This document shows, piece by piece, positions 51,190-64,000 of a stretch of DNA of 64,000 nucleotides; the stretch's first letter is position 1; every line of letters starts with the position of its first letter. The DNA is from Callorhinchus milii (lineage: Eukaryota): positions 53,756,001-53,820,000 of the forward strand of contig NW_024704742.1 in the NCBI RefSeq assembly GCF_018977255.1, read 5' to 3'. The position numbers and the translations under genes are program-made. The notes under the pieces were generated by a model, which was not told the DNA's origin, ran no database searches, and saw only the letters and a program-made list of their open reading frames with translations.

Positions 51190-51518
51190 GTGGAGTCCTG
51201 TAGCTCAGTGGTTAGAGCACTCGCTTTGCAAGCGAGAGACCTGAGTTCAATTCCAGGCAGGGCGAAACCTTGGGAGAGTTTCCTTACTCCACACAGAGCC
51301 TAATAATAATCCCTCCAAAACCAAAAACAATAACAAATTGGTCATTTTCAATCTACGACTGTTTGTGGGACATTGCTGTGCGCAATTGGCTGCCGCGTTC
51401 GCCCACAAATATACAGTCAATTCACTTTAGAGTGTGTTCTGTGAAGCGCTTTGGGACGTCCTCCCAACGTGAAAAGCGCTATATCAAATGCAAGGATTAT
51501 TATTATTATTATTATTAT
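51190..51518 (+). mobile_element. Young tRNA-Ala-derived Deu SINE, short subfamily, full length
   Basis: Near-identical to 36934-37261; (ATT)7-8 tail. Confidence 0.95.
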
Positions 51519-52109
51519 CTCTGATAAAAGGTGTTGTTTCCGAGTCCACAAACAAGAAAGTTTTCTGTAACCTGATAAATCGAGTAATTCCCTGCTTTAG
51601 AATAGTTCTGGAGGGCAGCTTCAAAGATTATTGATCTTCACATCTATGTGGGATGACTAGTGTGAACTTATGAAAGAGCAAAACTTGACAACTCAGTAAC
51701 AAAAAAAGAGCTTTTTGTGTGTAACAACAATTGTGATATATGACATAAATCTCAATTTTCACTTCACCAAGAGCACAAAGAGAAACACAAGCAGTGTTTG
51801 CTCATATGATTTGATCATTTCACTTCAGGCCTGGATGTGTTTTGAGCAGTAATTAGGTCCTGAAAGACTATTTGCTCAGCCCCAGGGTAAATGTTGAGCT
51901 GCATGATATATTTCAGCAGGTCAATGACCCAAAATGTTTCTTTACAGGAATATAAGAGGTTGAAAAGTAAAGTATCAGCATTCTCCTGTAGACTTTACGG
52001 TCACCAGACATTAACCAACTGGAACATCTCTGAAAAGAGCTACACTAAGAACATGAAGACAACTGGGAAAGTCTTAGCCTTCCTGGTAAGTTTACACTGG
52101 GACTTGTAA

Positions 52110-52478
52110 AGTCCGTAGTATAATGGTTAGTGTGTTTGCCTCTCAAAAGAAAGGACCTGGGTTCAATTCCCAGGTGGGGCAAAACCTTAGGTAAGGCTTC
52201 CTTACTCCGCATGCCTCTGTTTACCCAGCAGTAAGTAGGAACCCACTTGTTAGTTGGCGGATCGCTTTACCGAGAGTAATAATTCATTCAAAAAATAAAA
52301 CANTAATAAATTGGTCACTCAATCCACGACTGTTTGTGGGACATTGCTGCACGTAATTAGCTGCCGAATTTCACCCACAAAATATACTGTCAATCCACTT
52401 TACAGTTTATCTTGTGAAGCACTTTGCGATGTCTCAATGACGCGATAAGGCACTAAATCAAATGCAAGGATTATTATT
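52110..52478 (+). mobile_element. tRNA/Deu SINE, long form, full length
   Basis: Contains ggacctgggttcaattccc, gcctctgtttacccagcagtaagtaggaaccc, the Deu block and aaatgcaaggattattatt. Confidence 0.9.
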
Positions 52479-53387
52479 AATAATCAAATACATTGACAGA
52501 TAATGGACAGCCAATACTCACCTGACTGTACAGAGTCAAGATTCCTTCTGAGCATTTAAGTAATATTATAAAAGAAATACTGGGGTCCCTTTTGTGGTAC
52601 TTCTTAATTTTGGAATCCAAGTGGGGGTTCCTTACAATACAAAAATATATTTGTATAGCATCTTTCACATCGGGAGGATGTCCCAACATTTCCTTCTAGG
52701 AAATGGACGTACTCCCATATATTACATCAGTTTGAGGGAATCCTTGCTCTGAAAATAGATAGAGTTGGAGCATAGAGCAAATCAGCATCATAAATTTTCA
52801 GATCACAAAATCCTTTTAACAAATATCACAAGATTAACGCATACAAGAGATTGAAAGCGTGGAAATCAAACACGTCATTTCTCCTACTTCCAATACTTCT
52901 ACAATAATATTTTGTATTGAAATAAATCATTAAACTTTTCATTTAAAAATGTAAGAAGTGCCCAAGAATATCCCAATTAAACCGATTATTATTCAGTATC
53001 ATCTATAGTTCAGTAATTCTGGTGAGATGCAGTTGTGGATAATACCAATAGTCAGACAGTGAGGAGGACATTTTATTAATCTTCTGAACAGTACTGTATT
53101 AAATGTAGAAAATTCTCAGGATGGAGAAAATAGAAACAAAATCCATCTCGAAAATCTACTGGAATAGAAAAGCAGTGGTGTACTGCCATCAATTATCTAA
53201 GTCAGATAATGAAACAAGTGGTGGTAGTGATGGAATCAATGGTTAATGAAAGTTGATGCCCACCTGGGAGGTGCCCTGACTTCTATATTGGTACAGCAAA
53301 CATGAGTCAATAACTTACATACTCTGAGCTTCTGTCAAGTAAATTTTCTTGAACCTATGACCCAGAATATAAAAATGCCTAAGGCTT

Positions 53388-53960
53388 ATAAGAACATAAG
53401 AACATAAGAATTAGGAGCAGGAGTAGGCCATTCGGCCCCTCGAGCCTGCCCCGCCATTCAATAAGATCATGGCTGATCTTCTCACCTAACTCTGATTACC
53501 TGCCCTCACCCCATATCCCCTAATCCCTCTATTTTTCAAGAATCTATCAATCTCAGCCTTGAAAATGTTCAAGGACTGAGCATCTACAGCCTTCTGGGGT
53601 AGTGAATTCCATAAGTTCACTACCCTCTGAGTGAAGAAATGTTTCCTCAACTCTGTTCTAAGAGGCTGACCCTTAATTTTAAGACTGTGACCCCTGGTTA
53701 TAGATTCTCCTACCAGGGGAAACAGTCCCTCAGTGTCTACTTTATCCAGCCCTTTAAGAATCTTATAAGTTTCAATAAGATCCCCTCTAATTCTTCTGTA
53801 CTCTAGAGAATATAGCCCTGGTTTATTCAGCCTATCCTCATAGGTCAGTCCCCTCATCCCAGGAACTAACCAAGTGAATCTACGCTGCACCCCCTCTGGG
53901 GCAAGTATGTTCTTTTTTAAATAAGGAGACCAAAACTGCACACAATACTCTAGGTGCGGT
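53388..53960 (-). mobile_element. CR1 LINE 3' end with an open C-terminal ORF2 segment (young)
   Basis: Encodes QFWSPYLKK..GVQRRFT..RGDLIETYKIL..FFTQRVVNLWNSLP; tail (ATAAGAAC)n. Confidence 0.94.
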
Positions 53961-55049
53961 ATACTTAACTTATATACTTAACAGCATCAAACTAATTGAA
54001 CTGCATTGTTCAACATCTGTCCAATAATGTATTACAAGTTATGACTCTAAACAGTAATAAGCTGTCATCATTGATATGTACTGCAGTACTATGTATCTGC
54101 AGTGAGCTAGCGAACCTGTCCAGACTCTATCATATATGCCACATGACGTATTTTGGAAGAGCTTCATAAATACACGTCAAATTTATTTGGAAGATTCTAA
54201 TAAGATCTGTTTTCTTATAAAATGTGGCAAAGTCAACAATTTACTTCTAATATTTACTTTTGACAAGGTATTCCACAGGTTATTTACTGATTGACAATCT
54301 GGAACACAGCATGGTTAATGGTAGCACTGCAATTATCCATCCATATATCTACATTTCGCCTACAAAAATAAGTTTAAATTCCTGTGTATTTGAAGGCAAT
54401 GTAGCAGCCAATATGTATACCACAAACAACCATGATTTAAATGATCAATTTTATCTGGGGGATTGTTTACCAGGACAACAGGAGAAACTGCTTCCTCTTT
54501 TCTAATTGTACTGTGGGATTTTTTAACATGCTCCTGAACATGCAGGCAAGACCTCGGTTAAGTATCCCATCCAAAGGACAGTACCTCTGACTATGCAGTG
54601 CTCCCCCAACACTGAATGATGTAATTGTATAGAAAATAGGCAGCAATGAAGCTCAATTTGATGTTTAAAAACATTCTTCATTTGTACGGAGAAAATTGTG
54701 ATGTTGCTCAAGAGATCACTTTCAATAAATTAGAAAACATTGCAATTTTCACCCCACATTATTACAACCAACCATAACTACCTCATAAAGGATTTTGCTG
54801 ATTTACTTGGAAAAAACGCTGGAAGTTGTTAATCGTGTAAAACAAAAGCCATGCTTGAAGGAACTTCTCAGGATGCTTAAGGTATTCAAATGTCAATCAC
54901 AATACAGGACTGAATAGGCAAAGACTAAAAATAGTTTCAAAAACTAGGAAAGCTCTGTCATAAATTTCATTTGCCATCTGTCCAACTATTCATGTTTGAA
55001 CTAAATACTACATCAAAGTCAGTTTCAATTCTCTAGTAAATTTGATAAG

Positions 55050-55982
55050 GACTACTGGCGTCCTGACCGACTGCCTGTCCGACATCAAGTCCTGGACGAG
55101 AGTCAACTTTCTTCAGCTGTACGTCAGCAAGACCGAGCCCTTCCTGATTGGCTCACACCAGAGCCTCCGCACCTCAGGCGCTGGCAGCAATAGCATCCAC
55201 GGCTGCACACTCAACCTCACTATGCCAGTCAGGAACCTGGGTGTCCTGTTTGACCCTGAACTGTTCTTTCTCCCCCATATCCACGCCATGACCGGCACTG
55301 CCTACCAACACCTCCGCAACATTGCCAGACTCTGCCACTGCCTCACCCCTCAGGCTGCCAAAACCCTCACCCATGCATTCATCACCTCAAGGCTCGATTA
55401 CGGGAACTCCCTCCTCATCGGCCTTCCCAACTCTTCCCTTCACAAGCTGCAGATCATCCAGAACTCCGCAGCTCGCGTACTCTCGCGCATCAGGCACTGT
55501 GACCCCATCACTCCCACCCTCGCCCGACTCCACTGGCTCCCCAATCCTCAGAGGATAGAATTCAAGATCCTGGTCCTCATTTTCAAGGCCATCCATGGCT
55601 TTGCCCCCTCCTACCTCTCTGACCTGCTGACTCTCTACCAACCTGCCCGCTCCTTCCGTTCAGCGGGCTCTGGCCTGGTCCATGTCTCCCGCCCGACCCG
55701 CCCTGCCATCAGTTGCCGTGCTTTCAGCCTCTCTGCCCTCACACTCTGGAACTCTATCCCGTAGCCCCTGCGCCTTGCTTCCTCCCTTGCCTCCTTCAAG
55801 GCCAGTCTCAAGACCCTCCTCTTCGATCGTGCCTTCGGTCTCCCTCCCACCTCTCTGCCTTCCCTCCCCCCTCCCCCACCCCTCCCCCATGCTCGGGTCC
55901 TGACCCCTAACTATCCAGTGCCTTGGGACGTCCTCCCAATGTGAAAGGCGCTCTATAAATGTAATTTTGTTGTTGTAGTTGT
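55050..55982 (+). mobile_element. L2 LINE 3' ~0.93 kb, open frame of ~235 codons
   Basis: Encodes CLSDIKSW..NFLQL..SKTE, VRNLGVLFD, HAFITSRLDYGNSLL, LHWLP..RIEFKIL and AFS..A.TLWNSIP; stem-loop and (TTG)n tail. Confidence 0.95.
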
Positions 55983-58538
55983 AAACTTTAGGCTTTACTT
56001 TGTGAATACGACATGATCTCATTTTGTTTCAGGGGGTGGGGGAGGGGGGGGTGTTCAGTCGGGACTAACACTTGTGGAAACCCATCACCATGTTCAAAAG
56101 TAACCTCCCTGTTCCCTAGGGAGAATGATAAGCCTATTTCTGAAAGCAGTGCTGTACATTTCAATCCTCTCACCATTGGTCTACATTCGTGAATGTTTTT
56201 CCAAAAAAAGCTGAAATCTCATTGTTAGTTTTCATAGATTCATAGATTCATAGAATGTTACGGCACAGAAGGAGGCCATTCGGCCCATCGAGTCTGTGCC
56301 GGCTCTTTGACAGAGCAAGTCACTTTCACTAACCCCAATCACCAGGTTTCTCCCCACAACCCTGCAAACCCGTCTTCCCCAGATACCTATCCAGTTCTCT
56401 CTTAAAAGCTGTTGTTGAATCGGATTTCACTACCCTTTCAGGCAGATCATTCCAAATTCGAACAACTCACTGAGTGAAAAAATTTCTTCTAACCTCCCTT
56501 CTGCTTCTTTTGGTAGATATCTTAAGACTGTGACCAAGGGTCACAGACACACGTACCAGCGGAAACAGCTTTTCCTTATCTAGCCTGTCGAAACCTTTCA
56601 TGATCTTGAAGACCTCTATCAGGTCCCCGCGTAACCTTCTCTGCTCTAATGGGAAAAGTCCTAACTTCTCCAGCCTGTCCTCATAGCTAAGGTTCCCCAT
56701 TCCTGGTATCATTCTCGTGAATCTCCTCTGCACCCTTTCCAGTGCCTTAATGTTCTTCCTGAAGGACGCAGCACTCCAGTTGAGACCTAACCAGTGTTTT
56801 GTATAGATTAACCATAACCTCCCTACTCTTATACTCTATGCCCCTACTGATAAAGCTCAGTACACCAAATGTCTTTTTTACTGCCTTATCTACCTGCCCC
56901 GCTACCTTTAATGATTCGCTTACTTGAACACCCAGATCTCTCTGTACGTTCACCCCCTTAAGATTGAGCTACCAAGTCTATATTGCCTCCTATCATTTTT
57001 CCTACCTAAGTGTATCACCTCACACTTATCCACATTGAAATCCATCTGCCACATGTCAGCCCATTCCACCATTCTGTGTATGTCTGCTTGCAGTTGGTTA
57101 CAGTCCTCCTCACTATTTACTACCCTACCTAACTTTGTATCATCTGCAAACTTGGAAATAGTGCTCTCTATGCCCAAGTCCAGATCATTAATATATATTA
57201 GAAAGAGCAGTGGTCCCAATACCGATCCCTGGGGGACACCGCTGCACACCTCCTTCCATTTCAAGAAACACCCATTAACCACCACCCTCTGCTTTCTGTC
57301 ACTCAGCCAGTTCTTAATCCAAACTGCCACGGTCCCCTTAGTGGGCCTCTAATATTTTTATTAATCTCTTATGCGGTACTGTGTCAAAAGCCTTTTTGAA
57401 ATCCATGTAAATAATGTCCACCGCATTTCCCTCATCAACCCTCGCAGTCACCTCTTCAAAAAATTCTATTAGATTTGTTAGGCAAGATTTGCCTTTAACA
57501 AATCCATGTTGGCTGTCTCTAATTACCTCATGTTCCTCTAAGTAGAGATTTATTCTGTCCCGGATTATGGTCTCCAGTAGTTTTCCTATTACCGAAGTTA
57601 GGCTGACTGGCCTGTAATTTCCGGGTTTGTCTTTCTGCCCCTTTTTGTAGAGGGGGTAACATTAGCCACTCTCCAGTCTCTTGGCACCACTCCTGTGTCC
57701 AATGAAGATTGAAATATAATGGCCAAAGCCTCCGCTATTTGAACCCGTATCTCCCACAGCAACCTTGGGTGAAACCCATCTGGTCCTGGTGACTTATCAA
57801 TTTTGAGCCCAGTCAATCTTTTCAGAACTTCCTCTCTGTCTATAGTAATCTGATCTATTTCCTCTACCCTCTCATCCAATACTGCGGCATTTGGGGCATC
57901 CATTTCCGTTGTGAAGACAGATGCAAAGTACTCGTTCAGTACATCAGCCGTGACCTCTGCCTCCACAATAAGATTGCCGTCATTGTCTTTGATTGGCCCC
58001 ACCCTACCTTTAACTAACCTTTTTCCCTTTATGTGCTTGTAAAATATTTTAGGATTCCCCTTTATGTTACCCGCTAACCTCTTCTCATGCGATCTTTTAG
58101 CCTGTCTTATCACTCTTTTAAGATCACTCCTGCATTCTCTATAATGCGCTTTGCTATCCTCAGTATCTTGCGTCTTCCAATTGTCGTACGCCGTCTTCTT
58201 CTTTTTCATCCTAGACAGAATATCCCTGGTCATCCAGGCTGGCTTGGTTGTCGCACATTTCCCTTTTGTGGGAATATATCTATTTAGACCTTGAGCTATC
58301 ATATCTTTGAAGATCTCCCATTGCTCATGAGTTGTTTTACCTGCTAGTCTTACTTGCCAGTCCACCAACTCTAGGTCCCTTTTTAGCCCATCAAAATTAG
58401 CCCTTTTCCAGTCAAGCATTTTCACCCTTGCCTGTACTTTGTCCCTGTTCATGAGTAATCTAAATCTAATAATATTATGGTCACTGTTACCTAGATGCTC
58501 CCCTACCGAAACCTGTTCAACCTGACCTATTTCATTCC

Positions 58539-58608
58539 TTTGGGACGTCCTCCCGACGTGAAAAGCGCTATATCAAATGCAAGGATTATTATTATTATTA
58601 TTATTATT
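58539..58608 (+). mobile_element. 70-bp 5'-truncated young SINE tail inserted into the CR1 endonuclease domain
   Basis: tttgggacgtcctcccgacgtgaaaagcgctatatcaaatgcaagg(ATT)n is flanked by ATTCC at 58534-58538 and 58609-58613. Removing it restores LDLVLGNE. Confidence 0.92.
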
Positions 58609-59244
58609 ATTCCCCAGGACTAGATCCAGCAATGCTTCCTTCCTTGTAGGACTGGAGACATACTGCTCAAGAAAATTTTCCTGTACACAGTCTATGAATC
58701 TTTCTCCTGCCTTGCTCTTAGCGCTGCTATTTTGCCAGTCTATATTGGGATAATTTAAATCCCCCATTCTCACAACTCTGTTCGCCTTACATCTATCCGC
58801 GATCTGGTTGCAGATCTGCTCCTCTATCTCCTTCCCGCTGTCTGGTGGTCTGTAATAAACCTCTATCATTGTAACCACTCCTTTCTTATTTCTAATCTCT
58901 AACCAGATGGATTCTGTTGTTGGGCCCTCTAGAGCCTCGTTTCTTTCTACAGCTATAATTGTATCCTTAACTAATATTGCTACTCCTCCTCCTTTTCTTC
59001 CTTCTCTATCCTTCCTGAACACATTATATCCTGGAATATTTAACTCCCATTCCTGTCCTGGCTTGAGCCATGTCTTGGTTACTACCACCACATCATAACC
59101 CCCTACGGCCAGTTTGAACCTGCAGCTCACCAACCTTATTCCCTAAACTACGTGCATTTACGTACATGCATTTGAGGAAATTGTCTGCTTGTACCTGCTC
59201 TACGCTTCCCACTTGCCTTTTTCCTCTAATCTCTAATCCATTGT

Positions 59245-59945
59245 TTATCCTTGGATACCCATTCCCCCTCCACATTGGTTTAAACCCACCCCTACAGCAT
59301 TTGATAATCTCTTGGCAAGGAAGCTCACCCCTGCCTTGCTTAAGTGCCGCCCATCCTCACGGTAAAGATCCCACCTCCCCCAGTAGTGGTCCCAATTGTT
59401 CAGAAAATGGAAACCTTCTTTTCCGGACCATTTCTCCAGCCAATCGTTCATGCGCCTGATCCTTTCATTATGGTGCCTTGTTGCCCGAGGTACCGGGAGT
59501 AACCCAGAGATCACCACCTTGGATGTTCTGGACTTGAGTTTGCTCCCCAGCTTTTGATACTCGCCCTGGAGCATCTCAGCCCTCTTCTTACCAATATCGT
59601 GGGTCCCCACATGGGCCACGACTTCTGGACATTCTCCTTCCCCCCGAAGAATCTTGTCCATGCGCTCTGTGAAGTCCACTACCCTTGCACCAGGAAGGCA
59701 GCAAACCATCCTAGTCTCACAATTCTGATTACAGAAGATCCTGTCAGTGCCTCTTACTGTTGAATCCCCTATCACAACTGTATTGCCCTTGTGAACCATG
59801 CCCTTGTCCTGTTGGACAGAATGTCCACTGGCGTCCTCACGAGAGGCTTCCACGCTCTCGATAGCTAATGTTGAGTACCAATTAGAGACTGGTACTCTGT
59901 TGGGGGTGCTCTGCTTGAACAAGCCCTCTTCTTGCCCCGTCACAC
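59245..59945 (-). pseudogene. CR1 ORF1 C-terminal SGNH/GDSL esterase-like domain, open frame
   Basis: Encodes VVIGDSTVR, VCCLPGARV, VVAHVGTHD, VVISGLLPVP and LYREDGRHL. Esterase-type ORF1 is known in some CR1 elements. Confidence 0.9.
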
Positions 59946-61384
59946 AATCACTTTTAGCATGAATGAAGGGTGGCTGTGTGTTGGGCTCAAAGGAACTCAC
60001 TTTTCTGAGTGTAGAAGTATGCTAACTTCTATACAAAAACAAGTAAGATAGTAAAATGTCAGAAGAGGAAAGCCACACAAATGATGAGCTAGAGACGATT
60101 TCAGATCACATGCTGGTCTTGCTTGCGATATTGGATTTCCGCTGAGAGATTCAAGAGCAGCAAGCTCAACGTGTATCCTCTGGTTGATGTTTCTCTCATT
60201 TTTGAGTGACCTGGTTTAGTTTGTTTACATCCCTATTGACATGTTACAAATACAACAAGGGAAATGTGACACTTAGGCAGAGTGTGAAAAATTAGTAATA
60301 CAGCATCCTACTAGTTTTCCCCTCTGACCTTTCTTCCACACTGAATTTCTATTCCACAATTGTATTGGGAATCCATACATGCTTGGAATTTACTTGGAAT
60401 CAACAAAAAAGGATAAATCATTTTGTTTATGACTTTCCAGGCCTTAGGACAGGAATCCATAACCAAAGACAAAAAAGTGCACTGGAAATCTTTTCCCTGT
60501 GCTTCTGATAATTTCATAGAAATTATTGCATAGGAGAAGGCCCTTCAACCATTGAGCATAAACTGGTTCTCTAACCAATTAATCTGGAGGATTTTTGGCC
60601 ATTCACTGCATGGAAATCTGTGGGACTTTCTAGATGGTAATCAGCAAGTTGTAATATTCCAGCAGCATTGAGAAGATGAGCATTGCACAATTAGTTGTGA
60701 CATAGGCGCAATGTGTCATTACATTTGACAAAAAATACTTGTGAAGCACTTTAAGACTTCTGAATGTGATAGGCGCTAAATAAAATATAAGAATTATTCT
60801 TATTACCCATTTTCCTGGTCTTTGATATCCCCCCCCCACCCCCCCAGTTCCCTTTTCTATTCTTCCACTTGAATGTTTATCCAAATCTGCAACACAATCA
60901 CAGCAAATTGTGTCAAGATGATCTATAGTTTCTCCTGTTTTCTCTCCCCAAGCACAAAGACTGAGTGAGACCAACTAGGATGTGTGAATATTGGCTGTGA
61001 GCAATTATACCTTATTGTGCATATTTACATGCCCTGCACGGATCATGACTGCACAAAGGCAGACTTAGAGGAAAAATCAAAATGTGTTGCATCCACTGAT
61101 GCATTTGAAATGCAAGTATATGAATATGAGACAATTGTTTGGTATATCTGCATGTTTAGAATGCAGCTAGTCACACTGGCAATAATAGTCTTTATTGAGA
61201 GCACTTAAGACACCAAGGAAAAGATTAAAAGCCTTTTTTTGATCTTGTGTTTAGCTATTTGCTTTTATTTGATAGAATAGCTGTTTGAACTACTGTCAAC
61301 AAATATTAAGTGTTTTTTTAAGATATAACCATTCCCATCAGTCTGTGAATATCTTTTAGCTGTCAAGATGGATGTCAAAGTATC

Positions 61385-61520
61385 AAAGAATCCTAGAATC
61401 TTATAGCACAGAAGGAGGCCATTCGGTCCATCATACCTTTTCCAGCTCTTTGAAAGAGCTACCCAATTAGTCCCACTGCCCAGCTCTTACCCCATAGCCC
61501 TGCACATTTTTCCTTTTCAG
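61385..61520 (-). mobile_element. CR1 3' UTR fragment
   Basis: gcacagaaggaggccattcgg...gctctttgaaagagcta...ccccatagccctgc. Confidence 0.78.
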
Positions 61521-62189
61521 TTTCATATTTTTAAAACACATTCTACTTTTCTTCTTGAAATGTTTCTATGTTTTATAAAAGAGACAATAGACATTAGTGT
61601 TTTTTAAAACACATTTTACATGACATATTTCATGATTGAGCATAACTATTTGCATTTTAAGTACTGTGCTCATAATCACTAAAGCATAAATGTCTTGGAT
61701 GACAGGAAATCCTCCAGTTTCCGTGTTTATCTGATGATACCACACAAAGGCACACATTGCCTCATTAAGAAAGGCACAAAACTAACCGCATTTGTTGCAA
61801 ATCTAGTAAAAAACAAGGGGTTCTTCAAAAGCAATTATGATTCATACATCTTAATCATCACCCTCTTTTAAAAGCCAGTGAGCTAAACCAGTGTGGCTGC
61901 TGCTTTGAAGCTAAAGATTTCGAAACAAAGCTCAATTTGATATCTCCTATTCACCTTCAAATCTGCTGAATGACTTTATTATAAAAGTTTAAGCAATAAT
62001 ATGCCAGTTTCTGTCCAAATAAAACTTGTGGCTTGTGGAGCGTTCAATCTAACATGTCATAAAGGAAATAATGCAAATTGAGTACATTTTACGGCAGTGG
62101 AATCCTGTAACATGCTCAGAGCATCAAGTAAGTAGATGTCAACTCCATATGTGGTTTGAAAAGGCAGCAATAATACTGTGAGCGTCTAC

Positions 62190-62445
62190 CAGGACTCTGC
62201 CACATTATCCACTATCAGTGATCATGCTTTCAATCTTTCTGCCCCCACACCTCTGGAACTCCATCCCGGGACCCGCTCCACCTCAGCTCCCTCCCCAGCC
62301 TCCTTCAAGCCCTGTCTCAAGATCAATCTTTTCAATCGTGCCTTCAGTCATCTTCCCTCCTCGACCCCTCTCTGAGCTCAACCCACAGCTTGGGTGCAAA
62401 CCTCTCACTGTCCAGTGGCTTGGGACGTCCTCTGACGAGAAAGAC
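62190..62445 (+). mobile_element. L2 3' fragment
   Basis: ctctggaactccatccc...ccttcaagccctgtctcaaga...cttgggacgtcctctgacg. Confidence 0.75.
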
Positions 62446-62729
62446 GTCATAATATTAACATAATGTGTTGCTACCATTCAGAAACATCCACTCCTTTATT
62501 ACCTTACACGTCTTGTGCATAGTCAGTGCATAGAATAAAGGGATAGTCTAAGAAGATTTGGACTTCAAAGGGATGAGCTTCCACATATAAGGGCTTGCAA
62601 TACAGTTAAATGTCATGTGATGTCAACAACATATCAATACCTGAGAAAAATGAGTTTGCCTCTCATCATCCCAGTGCTACCTGCTACTTCTAAAGTTTAA
62701 TGCCAAATACAAAACCAAGCACAGCAGAT

Positions 62730-63385
62730 AATAATAATATAAATAATCCTCAAAATGCATCAAAGCATTGCACAGAATATACTGTAAGGTGAATTTACTG
62801 TATTTTTGGGGGCAAAACACAGCAACTAATTGCACACAGCAATGTCCCACAAACAGTCATGGATTGAGTGACCAATTTATTATTTTTTATTTTTTGAGTG
62901 AATTATTGTGGAGTCCTGTAGCTCAGTGGTTAGAGCACTCGCTTTGCAAGCGAGAGACCTGAGTTCAATTCCAGGCAGGGCGAAACCTTGGGCAAGTTTC
63001 CTTACTCCACACAGAGCCTAATAATAATCCCTCCAAAACCAAAAACAATAATAAATTGGTCATTTTCAATCTACAACTGTTTGTGGGACATTGCTGTGCG
63101 CAATTGGCTGCCGCGTTCGCCTATAAATATACAGTCAATTCACTTTACAGTGTGTTCTGTGAAGCCCGTTGGGACATCCTCCCAACGTGAAAAGCGCTAT
63201 ATCAAATTATTATTATTACTCTCGGTAAAGTGATCCGCCAATCGACTAACAAGTGGGTTCCTACTTACTGCTGATAAACAGAGGTGTGTGGAGGAAGGAA
63301 ACTTGCCCAATGCTTCGCCCTGCCGGGAATCAAACCCAGGTCCTCTTGCTTGTGAGGCGCGTGCTCTAACCACTAAGCTACATAA
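62730..63385 (-). mobile_element. Long-form tRNA/Deu SINE interrupted by a young antisense SINE
   Basis: Joining 62907 to 63218 gives ...tgaattatt|actctcggtaaag, matching the reverse complement of the intact copy at 52265-52290. Confidence 0.9.
62908..63217 (+). mobile_element. Young tRNA-Ala-derived Deu SINE, short subfamily
   Basis: Near-identical to the copies at 36934 and 51190; lacks gcaagg before its (ATT)n tail. Confidence 0.95.
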
Positions 63386-63861
63386 CTGAATTAGCGATAT
63401 AATCACCATAAATTAATTAGCTCCAGAGTCAATTCTCAAATCAATATATTCTATAACAGTTTAAGAAGTTATATAAAACAAATTATGCATCATTTTAATT
63501 GTTACAGAATGTAAAAAGGTCTATGATATTAAATTATAGAATATTTATACATTTGATACCACGCTGGTGTAATTTTAATTCTATTAATTATATCACTCCA
63601 CAATTTAAATTAGTTTCAAACACCATTCAGAAAATATTAAGTACGCAATTTCAATAAAATACATTTAATACATTATGAATTGTAGTCCATTAATGTCATG
63701 CCAATTAATTGCATTTCAATATCGTCTTAATCAACTCCATCCACAAGTTTTCTTTCTAGCACATTTTACTTAGATGCTGTAATATAGCATTTGCATTGAA
63801 TGGTAAGGATACTGAGGTTCAAAACATTATATTCCAAATAGAATTTTTCAGTTAAGATAAA

Positions 63862-64000
63862 ATTACATTTGTAAAGCGCCTTTCACATCGGGAGGATGAC
63901 CCAATGTGCTGGACAGATGGAGTTTCGGACCCGAGCTGGGGGGCGGGGTCGGAGAGTGTGGAGTGCGGGGTGTGGAGGGAAGCAGCGTGATCGAAAGCAC
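63862..64000 (-). mobile_element. L2 3' end (runs off the window)
   Basis: agcgcctttcacatcgggaggatgacccaa is the reverse complement of the L2 stem-loop. Confidence 0.82.

Larger units (their letters stand above)
56231..59945 (-). mobile_element. CR1 LINE, ~3.7 kb, 5'-truncated within ORF1; ORF2 collinear but frameshifted
   Basis: (AATCTATG)3 tail at 56231. ORF2 has APE motifs (YVNARSL, TKTWL, YYRPP, MGDLNYP, LDLVL) and RT motifs (SPGPDG, PQGSVLGP, KFADD). ORF1 lies upstream. Confidence 0.96.

Noticed and set aside
55042..55764. 240-aa ORF as a functional gene
   Set aside because: 5'-truncated L2 ORF2 C-terminus lacking the RT catalytic core and ending in a premature stop.

Overview
Vertebrate non-coding DNA, most likely from a cartilaginous fish. 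This is inferred from the repeat content (SacSINE1/Deu-domain-like SINEs, abundant CR1 and L2 LINEs) and was not verified by search. No host protein-coding gene can be firmly called; one weak candidate exon lies at 26260-26345. The window is a mosaic of: (1) CR1 LINE fossils, including a ~3.7 kb copy with an esterase ORF1 and EN-RT ORF2; (2) L2 LINE fossils; (3) an old Deu-domain SINE family; (4) a tRNA-Ala-headed SINE family with a young, internally deleted subfamily whose 3' stem-loop matches the local L2 tail; (5) a 2001-bp Buster-type hAT transposon with TIRs and an 8-bp TSD; (6) a probable non-autonomous Helitron carrying two CTCF-like motifs; (7) a degenerate Penelope-type hammerhead fragment; (8) a 20-bp minisatellite; and (9) several fold-back or duplication scars. 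TE-poor islands between these are candidate conserved enhancers. I see no evidence of a wholly new enzymatic system. The best leads are in mobile-element biology. Boundaries of old repeats were read by eye and are approximate unless a junction is described.
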